A DNA stretch of 64,000 nucleotides from Felis catus (lineage: Eukaryota), in contig NC_058382.1 in NCBI RefSeq assembly GCF_018350175.1, positions 49,106,001 through 49,170,000 of the forward strand, written 5' to 3'. The notes beneath the pieces were generated by a model. It did no database searches. It was given only the letters and a program-made list of their open reading frames with translations, and was not told the origin of the DNA. Numbering within the stretch: the stretch's first letter is position 1; every line of letters starts with the position of its first letter. The position numbers were made by a program, and so were the translations under genes. Positions 50,690-62,113 of this stretch are shown here, one piece after another.

Positions 50690-52050
50690 AAATATGACAT
50701 CCAAAGCACAAGCAACGAAAGAGAACAGATGGATTTCCTCAACAGTTGGATTTCCTCAAAACGTAAACCCTTTGTGCATCAAGGACACTATCAAGGTGAA
50801 AAGACAGCCCACAGAACGGGAGAAAATATTTACAAAGTATATATGTAGTATCCAGAATATGTGTAGAATCTTTATAACTCAATAATAAAAACACAAATAA
50901 TCCAGTTGTAAAGTGGGCAAGAGATCTGAATAGTCATTTCTCCAAAGAAGATATACAGAAGGCAATAAGCACATGAAAAGATGCTCAACATCATTAGTCG
51001 TTAGGGAAATATAAATCAAAATCACAACCAGATTCCACTTCACACCCACTAGGATGACTATAATAAAAAAGAAAAAGACCAAAAAAAAAAACCCAAAAAA
51101 ACCAAAAAAACCCCGGATAACAAGTGTTGGACAGGATATGGAGAAATTAGAATCATCATATATTGCTTGCAGGCATGTAAAATGGTGCAGCCACTATGGG
51201 AAATTGTTTGGCGGTTTCTCAAAAAGTTACACGTAGGGTTGCCATATGACCCAGCAATTCCATCCCTAGGTATATACCCAAGAGAATTGAAAACATGTGT
51301 TGACACAAAAACATAAATGTTCATAGAAGGATTATGCATAAAAGCCAAAAAGTGGAAACAACCCAAACGTTCATGAAATGATGCGTGGATAAATAAAATG
51401 TGGTACATTCATACAATGAAATATTATTCTGCTATAGAAAGGAATGAAGTACTGATCCATGCTAAAACATGAATGAATCTTGAAAATATAATGCTAGAGG
51501 CACCTGGGTGGCTCAGTTGGTTGAGCATCCGACTTTGGCTCAGGTCACAATCTCACGGTTCATGAGTTTGAGCCCCGCGCCAGGCTCTGTGCTGACAGCT
51601 CAGCGCCTGGAGCCTCCTTCGGATTCTGTGTCTCCCTCTCTCTCTGCTCCTCCCCTGCTCACACTCTGTCTCTCTCTCAAAAATAAATAAAGATTAAAAA
51701 ATTAAAAAAAAAAGAAAATATAATGCTAAATAAAAGAGTCAGACACAAAAGGTCATCCGTTGTATGACTGCATTTATATGAAATACCCAGAATAGGCAAA
51801 TCCATAAAGACAAAAAAGTAGATTAATAGTTTCCAGGAGATGGCGGGGGGGGGGGGGGGGGGGGAGGTGGGAGGGAGAATTAAAAAGTATGGAGTTTTTC
51901 CTTTGGGGGTGATGGAAATATTCTAGAATCAGATAGTGGTGATAGTTGCATGACTTTGTGAATATACTAAAAAACACTGAATGGCTTACTTAAAAATGGT
52001 TAAAGTAGTGAATTTTATATTGTGTGAATTTTATCTCAATAAAAAAATTT
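50690..52050 (+). mobile_element. Old L1MB-type 3' end with an internal SINE (51497-51712)
   Basis: ORF2 end (AAGATGCTCAACATCATTAGTCGTTAGGGAAAT..., ATGACCCAGCAATTCCATCCCTAGG) and 3' UTR ending GTGAATTTTATCTCAATAAAAAAA. Confidence 0.85.
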
Positions 52051-53643
52051 TAATACAATTGGATCCACTTAAAAAAGTTTAAGTGAAGATACTTTCCGAA
52101 AACTGAAGCTCAGATAGTGAGATAACTCGTTTCTAGCAGACCAGCGCTAGTCTAGGCTGAAAGAAAATGACCCCAGATGGAAGCCTAGGACTGCAGGAGG
52201 GAATAAAGAGCACTGACAGAATAAATATGTGGACAATGAATATGATTTTAAGCAACAATAGTGAGGGATTTATAACAGATGTAACAGTGGAATGTATGAC
52301 TCCCATAGTATATAATCAGGGATGGAATAAACCCTGGAATTTTTTTAAAAATGTGATTTTTTGGGGCGCCTGGGTGGCTCAGTCGGTTGAGCGTCCAACT
52401 TCAGCTCAGGTCATGATCTCATGGGTCATGGGTTCGAGCCCTGTGTGGGGCTCTGTGCTGACAGCTCAGAGCCCGGAGCCTGCTTTGGATTCTGTCTCTG
52501 TCTCTCTCTGCCCCGCCCTGGCTCACACTCTGTCTCTCTCTCTTAAAAATAAACATTGGGGCACCTGGGTGGCTCAGTCAATTAAGCGTCCGACTTCGGC
52601 TCAGGTCACTATCTCAAGGCTTGTGAGTTGGAGCCCCAAGTCGGGCTCTGTGCTAACGGCTCAGAGCCTGGAGCTTACTTTGGATTCTGTATCGCCTCCT
52701 CTCTCTGCCCCTCCCATGCTCATGCTCTGTCTCTCTCTGTGTCCCAATAATAAATAAACGTTAAAAAAATTTTTTTTAAATAAACATTTAAAAAAATACT
52801 AAATCCACTTAAATTTAAGTGCAATGGGAAAAAGAATATAAGGGCAACGGGAAGCCCTTGGAGGTTTTCAGCAGGGGTGTGAGTTGATCGCCAAGCAAGA
52901 GCTAGTAAAGGTAGGGTCTTAAATACGTCACAACCACCCCCATAGTGCTCGGTGTGGTGTTGGGCACCCAGAGGGCAATCGGTGAGGACTTACAGAATGG
53001 CCAAGCTGCTTCTCCTACTGCTGGATGCCTGAAAGGGTCCTGAGTGCCTGAAACCCTCCAGTTGCTCCGTCATCTGCTGTTTGGGCAAACAAGGTGAAAA
53101 GAGGTGATTGGGTAGATCAGTCGCCCACCCCTTCCTACAGTCTTCTGATTGGAGGGCTGTGGCGGCTTCCACAGTTCAGCCTCACTTCCCCAAACTTGGC
53201 CGTGCAGCTCAGTCACTGGAGCGATTTGCAGACGTGTCTGATTATGGTGTCCAGGAGTGTGCCTTTTCCGACTAAGTTGGCACTGATCCCTGATCCCCGC
53301 GGGTCCTCAGTAACCGGTACTCTGGTATAGGGCTGCTCTGGTGGCCTCCCTCTCCTCAGGCCACTGCCTGACCTTTGCCATATCCAAGATTTCAGGATCA
53401 AAGAGAAGTCACCACTGACCCCTGAAGTTCTAACACTTTCATCCTGAAACTTTTTTTCTTATTCCTCAACACTCCTCTCAAAAGGTTGCAACGTTTTTGA
53501 AGCCTCCCTGGGAAGATTAACCCCTTGTCAACATGTCATTTTTATAGCACTTATTTTCTGAGCACCTCTTATTTCCTGCCTTGGGGATGGGACTGTGGTT
53601 TAGGACAGCCATTTCATTATCTACTCCAACATTTGCCTTCTGG

Positions 53644-54066
53644 TGGGTTATTCTGGGTTCTCTGAGAAGCGATCTCCAAGGGTGCCTGGCTGGCTCGGTC
53701 AAAGGAGTTTGTGACTGTTGATTGTGGGGTTGTGAGTTCGAGCCCCATGCTAGGTGTCGAGATTGCTTAAATAAGCAAAATTAAAAAGAAGGAGGAGAAG
53801 GAGGAGGAGAAAGTAGAGAAGGAGGAGAAGGAGAAGAAGAAGTCTTCAGACAGGATGAGCCATGGAAGAGATTCATGAGGATGAAACCTTCCCAGGAATG
53901 AGCCCACTTTAGCACCTCTGCCACACTCAGTCCTTGGCTAGGAGTAGCCCTTGGGGAATGCGGCCTCAGCGTGAACGCGGTGATGGATTTCAGAGCACTA
54001 TCAGTCTGTCAGTCAACTGAGCTCCCACAGTTGGAGATCTGAGAGGCAAGTTTTCATGACCACCGT
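53644..54066 (-). mobile_element. ERV-L 3' LTR (LTR16A-like), internally deleted and split by a SINE at about 53680-53790
   Basis: 53890-54066 aligns with 59135-59314 (e.g. ...GTTTTCATGACCACC vs ...ATTTTCATGGCCACC). A purine-rich PPT-like tract adjoins at 54067-54086. Confidence 0.75.
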
Positions 54067-56939
54067 ACTCCACTCTTTGGACCCCGCAGAGTTCTTTCTC
54101 TCCATTAGTTTGGTGAACAGCTACTCCATAGTTTCCACGGATCTCTTTTTCTGAGGTAAGAACTCACATGAGCGAGATCAGCGAGATAAACTACCATCTA
54201 CTACTGCAAGTTGTCTCAGGGCTGCAATGTATTCACTTTTCTCCATTCTGAATTTCTATTACCCTCAACGAGCAGCTAGACGTCTCGGTGGATTACTTGG
54301 TAGTGTGACCCAAGACTTCATTCCTGGGTTGCTGGTGGTGGTAGTGTCTGAATTCTTGGTCATTGTACCCTTCTCAGTCTGGTGTGGTATTGTTGCACAT
54401 ATCTGTTTATACTTACAGAGGGGCAACGGAGAACCAGAAGGCACCCAAGCAGACCACCTGGGTATTTCCTCCTGCCCCCCCCCCCCCCCCCCCCCCGCCT
54501 ATGTACAAGCAGCCCTACTTCCTCCTATTGATCAGGGTTAGTTTCTGCCACCATTTTATATCTACTGGTCCCTGGGCACAAGGTCCCAAAGTAGCAGTCA
54601 TAACGTGTAGTTCAGGAGGACCTTTGCTGTGTCCTCTGGCAAGGTGCACCCCCTGTAGGGACACAGGACTTCAACCATGTGGAGCCCAGAGTTGTTGGGA
54701 TGGGAAGCACAAAATCACCCTGGTCATGGAGAGTGATGGTAAGTGGGGTCACTCCTGTTTCCCCACATTGGTTCGTGGACCCATGTATTCCTCCTACTGG
54801 GGATTCAGCAGCATATGGAGGTCTCTTATTTAGTACTGCATCCTGAAGAAAGGCACCCCATGCTTTGAGTGTTGTTTCTGACCTAGTGCTTCAGCTGTGC
54901 TTTTAGAAGGTCATTATCAGTGTTCTGTTAGCTGGCTGCTTCTGGAGAATGTAGTATATGATATGAACAGCAGATACCATGGTCATGGGCCCCCTTCTGC
55001 AACCCTGGGTGGTGAGTTCACTGTAAATTGAGTCCCCTGGGTGAGATGTTATGCCGTGTGGTAATCTGTGCCTCAATCAGGCGTTTTGCTGACTGGCACT
55101 CTGGGAGCAAGAAAGGCAAATCCATATCCAGAATAGCCCTACAAGGATGAATTTTGGGCCTTCTCGGAAGGAAGGAGCACTTTGTAGCAGACTTAACACC
55201 ACACAGTTGCTTGATCTTCTCTAGGAATAGTGCATGTCAGAGATGCAGTGTCGGTCTCTATCGCTGACAGGGTGGACGTTCAGAGGCAGCCTTGGTAAGT
55301 GGGAGCCCATTCTCCCATATGGACTTTGGGTCCATATGTAGCCTCCATCTCTGTCACCATGGCCACTCTGTTCATGGGCCCAGCGTGTCAAGTCTGCAAG
55401 GACTGAACACGGGCTAATGTCGATTGACCTAGTCATTTTGCCTACTTGGTTGTTTGTGTTTCTTCCATGGTGGAGGCTTTCTGGTGCGCATTGGCATATC
55501 AAAAAAATCATATGTTGTACCTTCTTCCATATAGTTCATCTACATCCACCAGTCCACTGGAACCTGCCCGGGAACCTGTACATAATCTCACCTTAGACCA
55601 CTTGCCCTTCCATACAAAGTGGAAAGCCAAGGGCACGGCTTGCAATTCCATTTGTTGGGAATGTTTTTCACTCTCCATCATCTTTCAGGGTCACACTTGT
55701 ATCCTTCATGTCTTTAATGGTGGCACTAATCTCCACCATCCTTCATCCCCCAATAAAACAATGCTTTTAATTTACTGTTTTGGCCAGTGATGGAGAGCAG
55801 TTTCTAAGGCTTACATTTGTTTTTTACGGTTATAATTCTTATCCCACAGGCCAGAAACGCAATGTGGCATTATTCTAGATCATTTCCAGTTATATATTTG
55901 GGACTGGGAAATGATCGCTGGACAAAGGGGCGCCACTATGAGCCATACGTTAGCTAGGATCCCATTTATTACTTGCCCCCAGAGGCCAGGGGGCTAGTGA
56001 TACTTTTGGTCTCTGAGGGTCAACTCAGATCGAGTGTCCAATGGTCCTCAAAATATTTGGTTATTTCCCTTTCACCAGTATCCAGTCACCCAAGTAAATG
56101 GCCATGAATCTCTCTGGGGGAAGGACTGAGGAAATCACTGTGATGGTATACATTTTCCCTGGTGTTGCAGGATCTTTGTTTGTAGGCTCCCAGCTACTTA
56201 TTCATCCATTGATTTGTTCTGGATCTGAAAATTGGCTCAGGTCTAGACACTGGGCACAGGAACATGACTTACTGGAGATGGCCACCCTTAGTGCCCCACT
56301 CTTCCATTTCTATGGACTTTTTTGGTTATGGATGTTAAAAATCACCCTTGTTGATTGCATCTGTTTTGCCCCTAGAGATGCTATCTTTTATTAACCCTCT
56401 CCACAACTCCCTGATGACTGACCCTTTGGTTGCCTCTTCAGTCATGGTGGCATTAATGGTAATTGTGGTCTCCTCAATACTTGCAGTTAAGTACCACCAT
56501 CTGGTCTTTATTATTCTGGGGTCCCATCATCCCCATCTTACTACCTGTTTTCTGGAACACTCCCAGAACAGCTTCTATTAGTTTATGTTTCCTGGAAGCA
56601 GACAATAAAAGGGAATTAGCTATCCCTCTCTCTCTATCCCAGAGAGAGAGAGCAAGTGGGGGTAAGGGCAGAGAGAGAGAGAGGGGAGAGAGGGAATCTC
56701 AAGCAGGCTCTGCACTGTCAGCATAGAGTCCAATGTGGGGCTCGAACTCACAGACTATGAGATCATGATCTGAGCTGAAATCAAGAGAGCATCCGACTCT
56801 TGATTTCGGCTCAGGTCATGATCCCAGGGTCATGGGATCAAGCCCTATGTCAGGTTCGGCACTGATCATGCAGCCTGTTTAGCTTTCTCTTCCTCTACCC
56901 GTCTCCCCCACTCAAGCTCTTTATAAAACTAAAATAATC

Positions 56940-57507
56940 TTAATCAAAGGAAATGCAAATCAAAACTACAATGAGACATGACCTCACACTCAATAGGATG
57001 GCTACCATCAAAAAAATCCCAGAAAATGAGGGCACCTGGATGGATCAATGGGAAGAGCATGCGACTCTTGATCTTAGGACTTGGGTTTGAGCCCCGTGTT
57101 GGGCACTTAAATAAAAAATTAAAAAAAACAAACAAACAGAAAATAACAAAAAAAGGTGGGAGAGGATGTGGAGAAATTAAAACCCTTGTGCACAGTTGGT
57201 GGAAATGTAAAATAGTACAGCAGCTATGGAAAAACAGTATGGTGGTTTCTCAAAAAATTAAAAACAATTACCATAACCCAGCAATTCCACTTCTGGGTGA
57301 ACAAAACTGAAAGCAGGGTCTCAAAGGGATATCTGTACACCCACGTTCATAGCAACATTACTTGTAATGGCTAAAATGTGGAAGCAGCCCAAGTATCCCA
57401 CTGACAGAATAAATAAGCAAAATGTAGTATTTTATACAATAGAATATCATTCCATCTTAGAAGGGAAATTCCTTCCTCCCTCCCTCCCTCCTTTCTTTCT
57501 TTTCTTT

Positions 57508-57560
<53 letters not shown>

Positions 57561-58740
57561 TTTCTTTCTTTCTTTCTTTCCTTTCTTTCCTTTCTTTCCT
57601 TTCTTTCCTTTCTTTTTTCTCTTTCTTTTCTCTTTTCTTTCTCTTCTTTTCCCTCCCCTCCCCTCCCCTCCCCTCCCCTCTCCTCTCCTTTCCTTTCTTT
57701 TAATGTTTAGAGGATCCCAAGCAGGCTCCACGTTGTCAGTACAGAGCCAGACATGGGACTCAAATTAATGACCATGACCTGAGCTGAAATCAAGAGTCAG
57801 ATGCTTAACCAACTGGGCAACCCAGGTGCCACTAAGAAGGAAATTTTTAACAAATCTTGCCACATGGGTGAACCTTGAGGACGTTATGCTAAGTGACATA
57901 GTCAGTCACAAAAAGACAAATACTGTATGATTCCATTTATATGAGGTAATTAGAGCAGTAAAATAGAGAAAGTAGAATGGTTGGTGCCAGGGGGTGGGAG
58001 GAGGGAAGAATGGGGCGTTATTATTTAATGGCTATAGAGTTTCAGCTTTACAAGATGAGAAATTATGGACATGGATGCACAACAATATGAACTTAATACA
58101 CTGAACTGTACCGGCTCAGTTGGTAGAGCATGCAACTCTTGATCTCAGGGTCGTGAGTTCAAGCTCCACATTGGGCACAGAGCTTACTTAAAAAAATAAT
58201 AATAAAGAAAAAAATGTGTAACATGGTATATTGTGTTATGTGCATTTAAAAAAGAAATTTCTGGGGGGTGCCTGGGTGGCTCAGTCGGTTAAGCGTCTGA
58301 CTTCAGCTCAGGTCATGAACTCATGGTTGGTGGGTTTGAGCCCTGCGTTGGGCTCTGTGCTGACGGCTCAGAGCCTGGAGCCTGCTTCAGATTCTGTGTC
58401 TCCCTCTTTCTGTTCCTCCCCACTTACACACACACTCTCTCTCTCTAAATAAGATTTAAAGAATTAAAAAAAAAAATAAAAGATTTAAAATGTTTATTTA
58501 TTTTTGAGAGAAAGAGTGACAGAGCACGAGCAGGGGAGGGGCAGAGAGAGAGGGAGACACAAAATCCAAAGCAGTTTCCAGGCTCTCAGAGCTGTCAGCA
58601 CAGAGCCTGATGTGGGGCTCAAACTCATGAGCCGTGAGATCATGACCTGAACTGAAGCCGGACGCTTAACCAACTGAACCACCCAGATGTGTCCCGTGCA
58701 TTTTACCATACCATAATACAAAAATTAGCAAAAAAAAAAA
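56940..58740 (+). mobile_element. Old L1 (L1MA/MB-type) 3' end inserted into the ERV-L 5' LTR, with nested SINEs
   Basis: GGAAATGCAAATCAAAACTACAATGAGA, GRGCGEIKTLVHSWWKCK, GAACCTTGAGGACGTTATGCTAAGTGA; flanked by the GGAATTAGCTAT duplication. Confidence 0.82.
57469..57701. repeat. Pure pyrimidine compound repeat (TTTC)n/(TTTCTTTCC)n/(CCCCT)n, the expanded tail of a minus-strand SINE
   Basis: About 230 bp containing only C and T. Confidence 0.93.
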
Positions 58741-58967
58741 AAAAAAAAAAGGAGGGGGGCGGCGCCTGGGTGGCTCTGTCAGTGGAGCATCTGATTTTGG
58801 CTCAGGTTATGATCTCATGGCTCGTGAGTTCTGGCTTGCATCCGGCTCTGTGCTGACGGCTCAGAGCCTGGAGCCTGCTTCAGATTCTGTGCTCCCTCTC
58901 TCTCTGCCCTTCCCTTTCTAGTACTCTGTCTCTAAAAAATAAATAAACATTAAAAAAAAAAAAAAGG

Positions 58968-59314
58968 AGGAATTAGCTATGTGAAAAAAATTATTTTGGA
59001 TAACATCTGTAGGAAAAATTGGGTGAGTGAAAGAGCCGTTAAACACGATGCAGGTCTGACCCTGTGTGAAATGGAGAGGGATGGAAAGATGTGTGGGTGG
59101 AAACAGACTGAATTGAGACTGAACTGTTCAGCCTTTCCTAGAAATGGGCCTCAGTATCCCTGCCATCCTCAGTCATTGCCTGGAATAACCCCAGGGAAGT
59201 GTGGCCCTACTGTGGATGCAGTTATGGATTTTCAGAGTTCACAAGCTGGAACAGCAGTCAATTATGCTCCCCACTGTTGGGAGTTCTGAGTGGCTCATTT
59301 TCATGGCCACCATA
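58968..59314 (-). mobile_element. ERV-L 5' LTR main part (LTR16A-like); its last ~50 bp lie at 56575-56623
   Basis: Minus strand starts TATGGTGGCCATGAAAATG and contains CACAGGGTCAGACCTGCATCG, like LTR16A. The duplicated GGAATTAGCTAT (56612-56623 and 58969-58980) marks the L1 insertion site. Confidence 0.75.
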
Positions 59315-61092
59315 CCTAGGCAAATTCTGTAAAAGGTGTACCATAACATTGGGACTTAAGGGATGAAACATGTAAAAGCAGGGCCATTTGGGTGGCTCAG
59401 TCAATTAAGCGTGCTACTCTTGGTTTCAGCTCAGGTCATGATCTCATGTTTCATGAGTTTGAGCCCCACCTTGGGATCTGTGCTCACAGTGCGGAGGCTG
59501 CTTGGGATTCTTTCTCTCCCTCTCTCTCTGCCCCTCCCCTACTCACACTGTCTCTCTCAAAATAAATAAACTTAAAAAAAAAAAATGTAGTAACATGCTT
59601 CCAGGCATGCCCAAGTTATGCAGCTAAGGGACCTCAACTTGTCTGTCCCAGACATGTCAGTGATTATCTAGGCTGAGAATCTAAGATCCGGAGAGGAACC
59701 CAGCATTTTAGGGTATGGATGTCCCTACCTCCCTTACAACAATTTGCCAAGTTGCACAAACTGTGGTCCTTGCTCTAAAGGAATTTCATGCCTTTTTTGA
59801 GGGGGAGGGAGGGTCTTAATCAGAGACATTAATGTTAGCAACTGATAATGTAGGTTTCCTTTCCTTGACTCAGGTAGCAAATGACTCATGTGAGCTGAGG
59901 GAAGGAGCATATTGTTTGCCTAGTGAAGCAGTGTCACTCTTGACAGTCAGGATACCATCCTCATGAGGCCAACTGGTGGCATGGTCAATTCTAGAGTTTC
60001 CACTGGGGTACAAGTCAGGTGTCAGCACTTCACAGGGCTTAAGCTTGCGCAGCAATTTCTCCTCTCCTGTCCTCAACACCCTTTAAGTTAGGCCCTCATT
60101 CCTTCCTACGTGGTCCTGGTTAATTTAACAATCAACTGTCTTTTTCAAAAGGCCCCATATTCATATCCCCAGATATGACCTTTTGAGTGACAACCAATTT
60201 TCTACACCATGTGTAAGAGAAACGATTGAGCCACACCAACATCTAACAGCCCCACCATAGCTCAAGCCTAGGAATTGACCAGGACCCTTCTGGAAACACC
60301 GCTTTAACCTAGCGGTGGCATTTTAATCAGATGGCAGGGTCTTTATTCCGGGGAAGGTATTCCCTCCTTTATTTCAAGAACAAGTGGTCTGCCAAGCCCG
60401 CCACTTTCACGAACTCACAGTCCACCCAACTGTTGGCAACTCACACAGAGCTTAGCTTACAGAACAGAACCTCCAGGTCTTTTGACCCAATCATCTGCTA
60501 AGTCCTGAATTTCCTTTGTTTTCCTCTCAGAGGAGAACATTTCCTTTTAACCAAATCTAGATATTGTTAGTTTCGGCCCACGTCCAGCCTGTAGGTGAGC
60601 CCTTCTGCTTATTGTAGCCATATACGGATAAAGCTAGTGTTACTTTTAGGGGCTAGTGAGGTTCATGGCCATGGCAGCCCTCCTCAAATCCCATCCCAAC
60701 ACCAGGCTCCTTATTTAGCCAGCCTTGCACCCTGCTTTCTAGAGCAAACACACAGCTCCACCACTTTTTTTCCCCCCTTCAGTTGACCTCTGTGATGAGC
60801 CCTGACCTGGGTGGTTCCAGCTATGTGTCTAGCCTCTTCCACTGGGCGGTGGTGCTCCCGGCCGCGGCACCCAGAAGAGGGTAAAGTATCAACGATAATA
60901 TTCACAACTGTCTGCTTTATTTTCATTTTAAACGTAGAAGGAATAAGTTGTGGGGGAATCAGCCTAGGCTGCCCCGGAGACGGAGACGTCAAGAATGAAA
61001 GTGAACTTCCACCCAGGTTTCCCAAATCCTGCTTAGCTGTCAGTAATGTAAAGGACAGGATGTAAACATGAGGATATGAAAAATTTAATTAC

Positions 61093-61106
61093 ACGCCACC
61101 TACTGT
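61093..61106 (-). promoter_or_regulatory. Candidate CTCF site
   Basis: Minus strand ACAGTAGGTGGCGT matches the core consensus at 12 of 14 positions. Confidence 0.35.
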
Positions 61107-62059
61107 CATTTTCCTTTAATAGGATTTTTAATTGTTGCTTCCCCTGTGAATTGGAAGAACTATACTTATTCTGCAACACTGCTTAAAAATTAATCAATAC
61201 ATTAGGAAGGGAACTATAAAGGGATAAATAAACAGAAGCAATTGTTACCAACACACAGAAGTTGACTCATTAAAAGACAAGGACATACAAATGTCTGTTT
61301 CCAGAATTTCATTTGACAGCCAGTCACCGAGATGGGAGACAAGAGTACCGTGGAAGAGAAAATAATGGCGTTTGGTTTCTTAGGAATGTGGGGGTTACTC
61401 CCAGGACCTCTGTCATCTGCGGTTGGGGTACCAGGCTCCGTGACAACAGCAAGCCTACACCTATGGATCTGGTCCTCCTGGAATCGAGTATACTCCGTTT
61501 GCTGTTCAGCTGGAAAACATCTTCAGCCTTTCCAACCTAATCCCGGAACCGTGATTTGTGGCAACAGAAATACCTCAACTAAACGCAAAAAAAAGACGCT
61601 GAGGCAAGAGGCCAGAACTGTGCCGAGCAGGAACCCAGAGTCCACGCTTGCCCAGGGCTGCTGCCGCTGACCGAAAGAAATAAAAGGGTAAATCCTCTCT
61701 TGCACTCCCCTCCCCCACATTACAGTTTTCTGGATTCAAAGTAAGTAACAAGAAGCCAGCAGGCAAAGGGAGTCTGCGAAGTGTAGTTTCCAAGATTAAG
61801 CCCTTTGGATCTGAAAGCAAACAAATAACCAGTGTGGGTAAGTTAAGAAGCAAACACACAGCTTCCCATTAACAACAGTAGAACAGAATTGCCAGTTAAA
61901 CCACCGCAACCACCTCATCAATTTAAAGGAGATGTTTACTTCAGATCCAGGGACCATCCTGTGAAATTCAGACCCAGTTCCACATGAAATGAAGAAATCT
62001 ATCAGGCTGAGACTGTACCCCTTGCCCAAGAGGCAGACAAGTTCCTGCCCCTGGCAGTC

Positions 62060-62113
62060 AGAGAGGCAAAAGACGCCAGCAGTTGGTACACATAGCAAAC
62101 GCTTTATTTTCAT
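62060..62113 (-). terminator. Polyadenylation signal and cleavage region
   Basis: Minus strand reads ...TTTATGTTTTAATGTTAATATGAAAATAAAGCGTTTGCTATGTGTACCAACTGCTGGCGTCTTTTGCC. Confidence 0.65.

Larger units (their letters stand above)
47490..50690 (+). mobile_element. Ancient L1M 5'/ORF1 remnants hosting MLT1A and several SINEs
   Basis: ORF1-like degraded motifs (GAAAACCACATCTTAGTACATCATCATGAAACTGCTGAAAATCAAA...GGAAGCCAGAAAGCAGTAGAATGACATACTTTAAATACTGAAAG). Confidence 0.65.
53644..59314 (-). mobile_element. Decayed ERV-L provirus (LTR16A-like LTRs with deleted internal pro/pol), interrupted by later L1 and SINEs
   Basis: Two homologous LTRs in the same orientation (53644-54066; 56575-56623 plus 58968-59314). 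Internal minus-strand remnants: protease-like WPFTWVTGYW*KGNNQIF*GPLDTRSELTL (about 56005-56102), integrase zinc-finger WAHEQSGHGDRDGGY...GLPLTKA (about 55270-55385) and integrase-core AHDHGICCSYHILHSPEAA (about 54930-54992). Confidence 0.82.
1..59585. mobile_element. Roughly 60 further carnivore tRNA-derived SINE copies scattered through the window (e.g. + at 1066, 6500, 8333, 9921, 10157, 12268, 13989, 14448, 17202, 21923, 24073, 26244, 26463, 28090, 30243, 30571, 31284, 35715, 39737, 40267, 44457, 46984, 47267, 49837, 50055, 52363, 52558, 58263, 58760, 59381; - ending near 88, 615, 3533, 19127, 22772, 23528, 36925, 39000, 39703, 40697, 48370, 49336, 57830, 58693)
   Basis: Head GGGGCGCCTGGGTGGCTCAGTCGGTT (A box), GTTCGAGCCCC (B box), (CT)n body and AAATAAA/A-rich tail; many have TSDs. 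Confidence 0.9.

Noticed and set aside
52167..52757. 196-aa ORF and many similar WVAQSV.../ERGRHRI... ORFs
   Set aside because: Translations of SINE sequence (here two tandem SINEs), not genes.
49837..52770. Recurring similar ~200-bp units resembling an array
   Set aside because: Independent SINE insertions with individual tails and TSDs; not CRISPR or satellite.
51846..54496. Poly-G (51846-51864) and poly-C (54475-54496) runs
   Set aside because: Simple homopolymer expansions inside old repeats; G4 potential only, and lengths may be sequencing-error prone.
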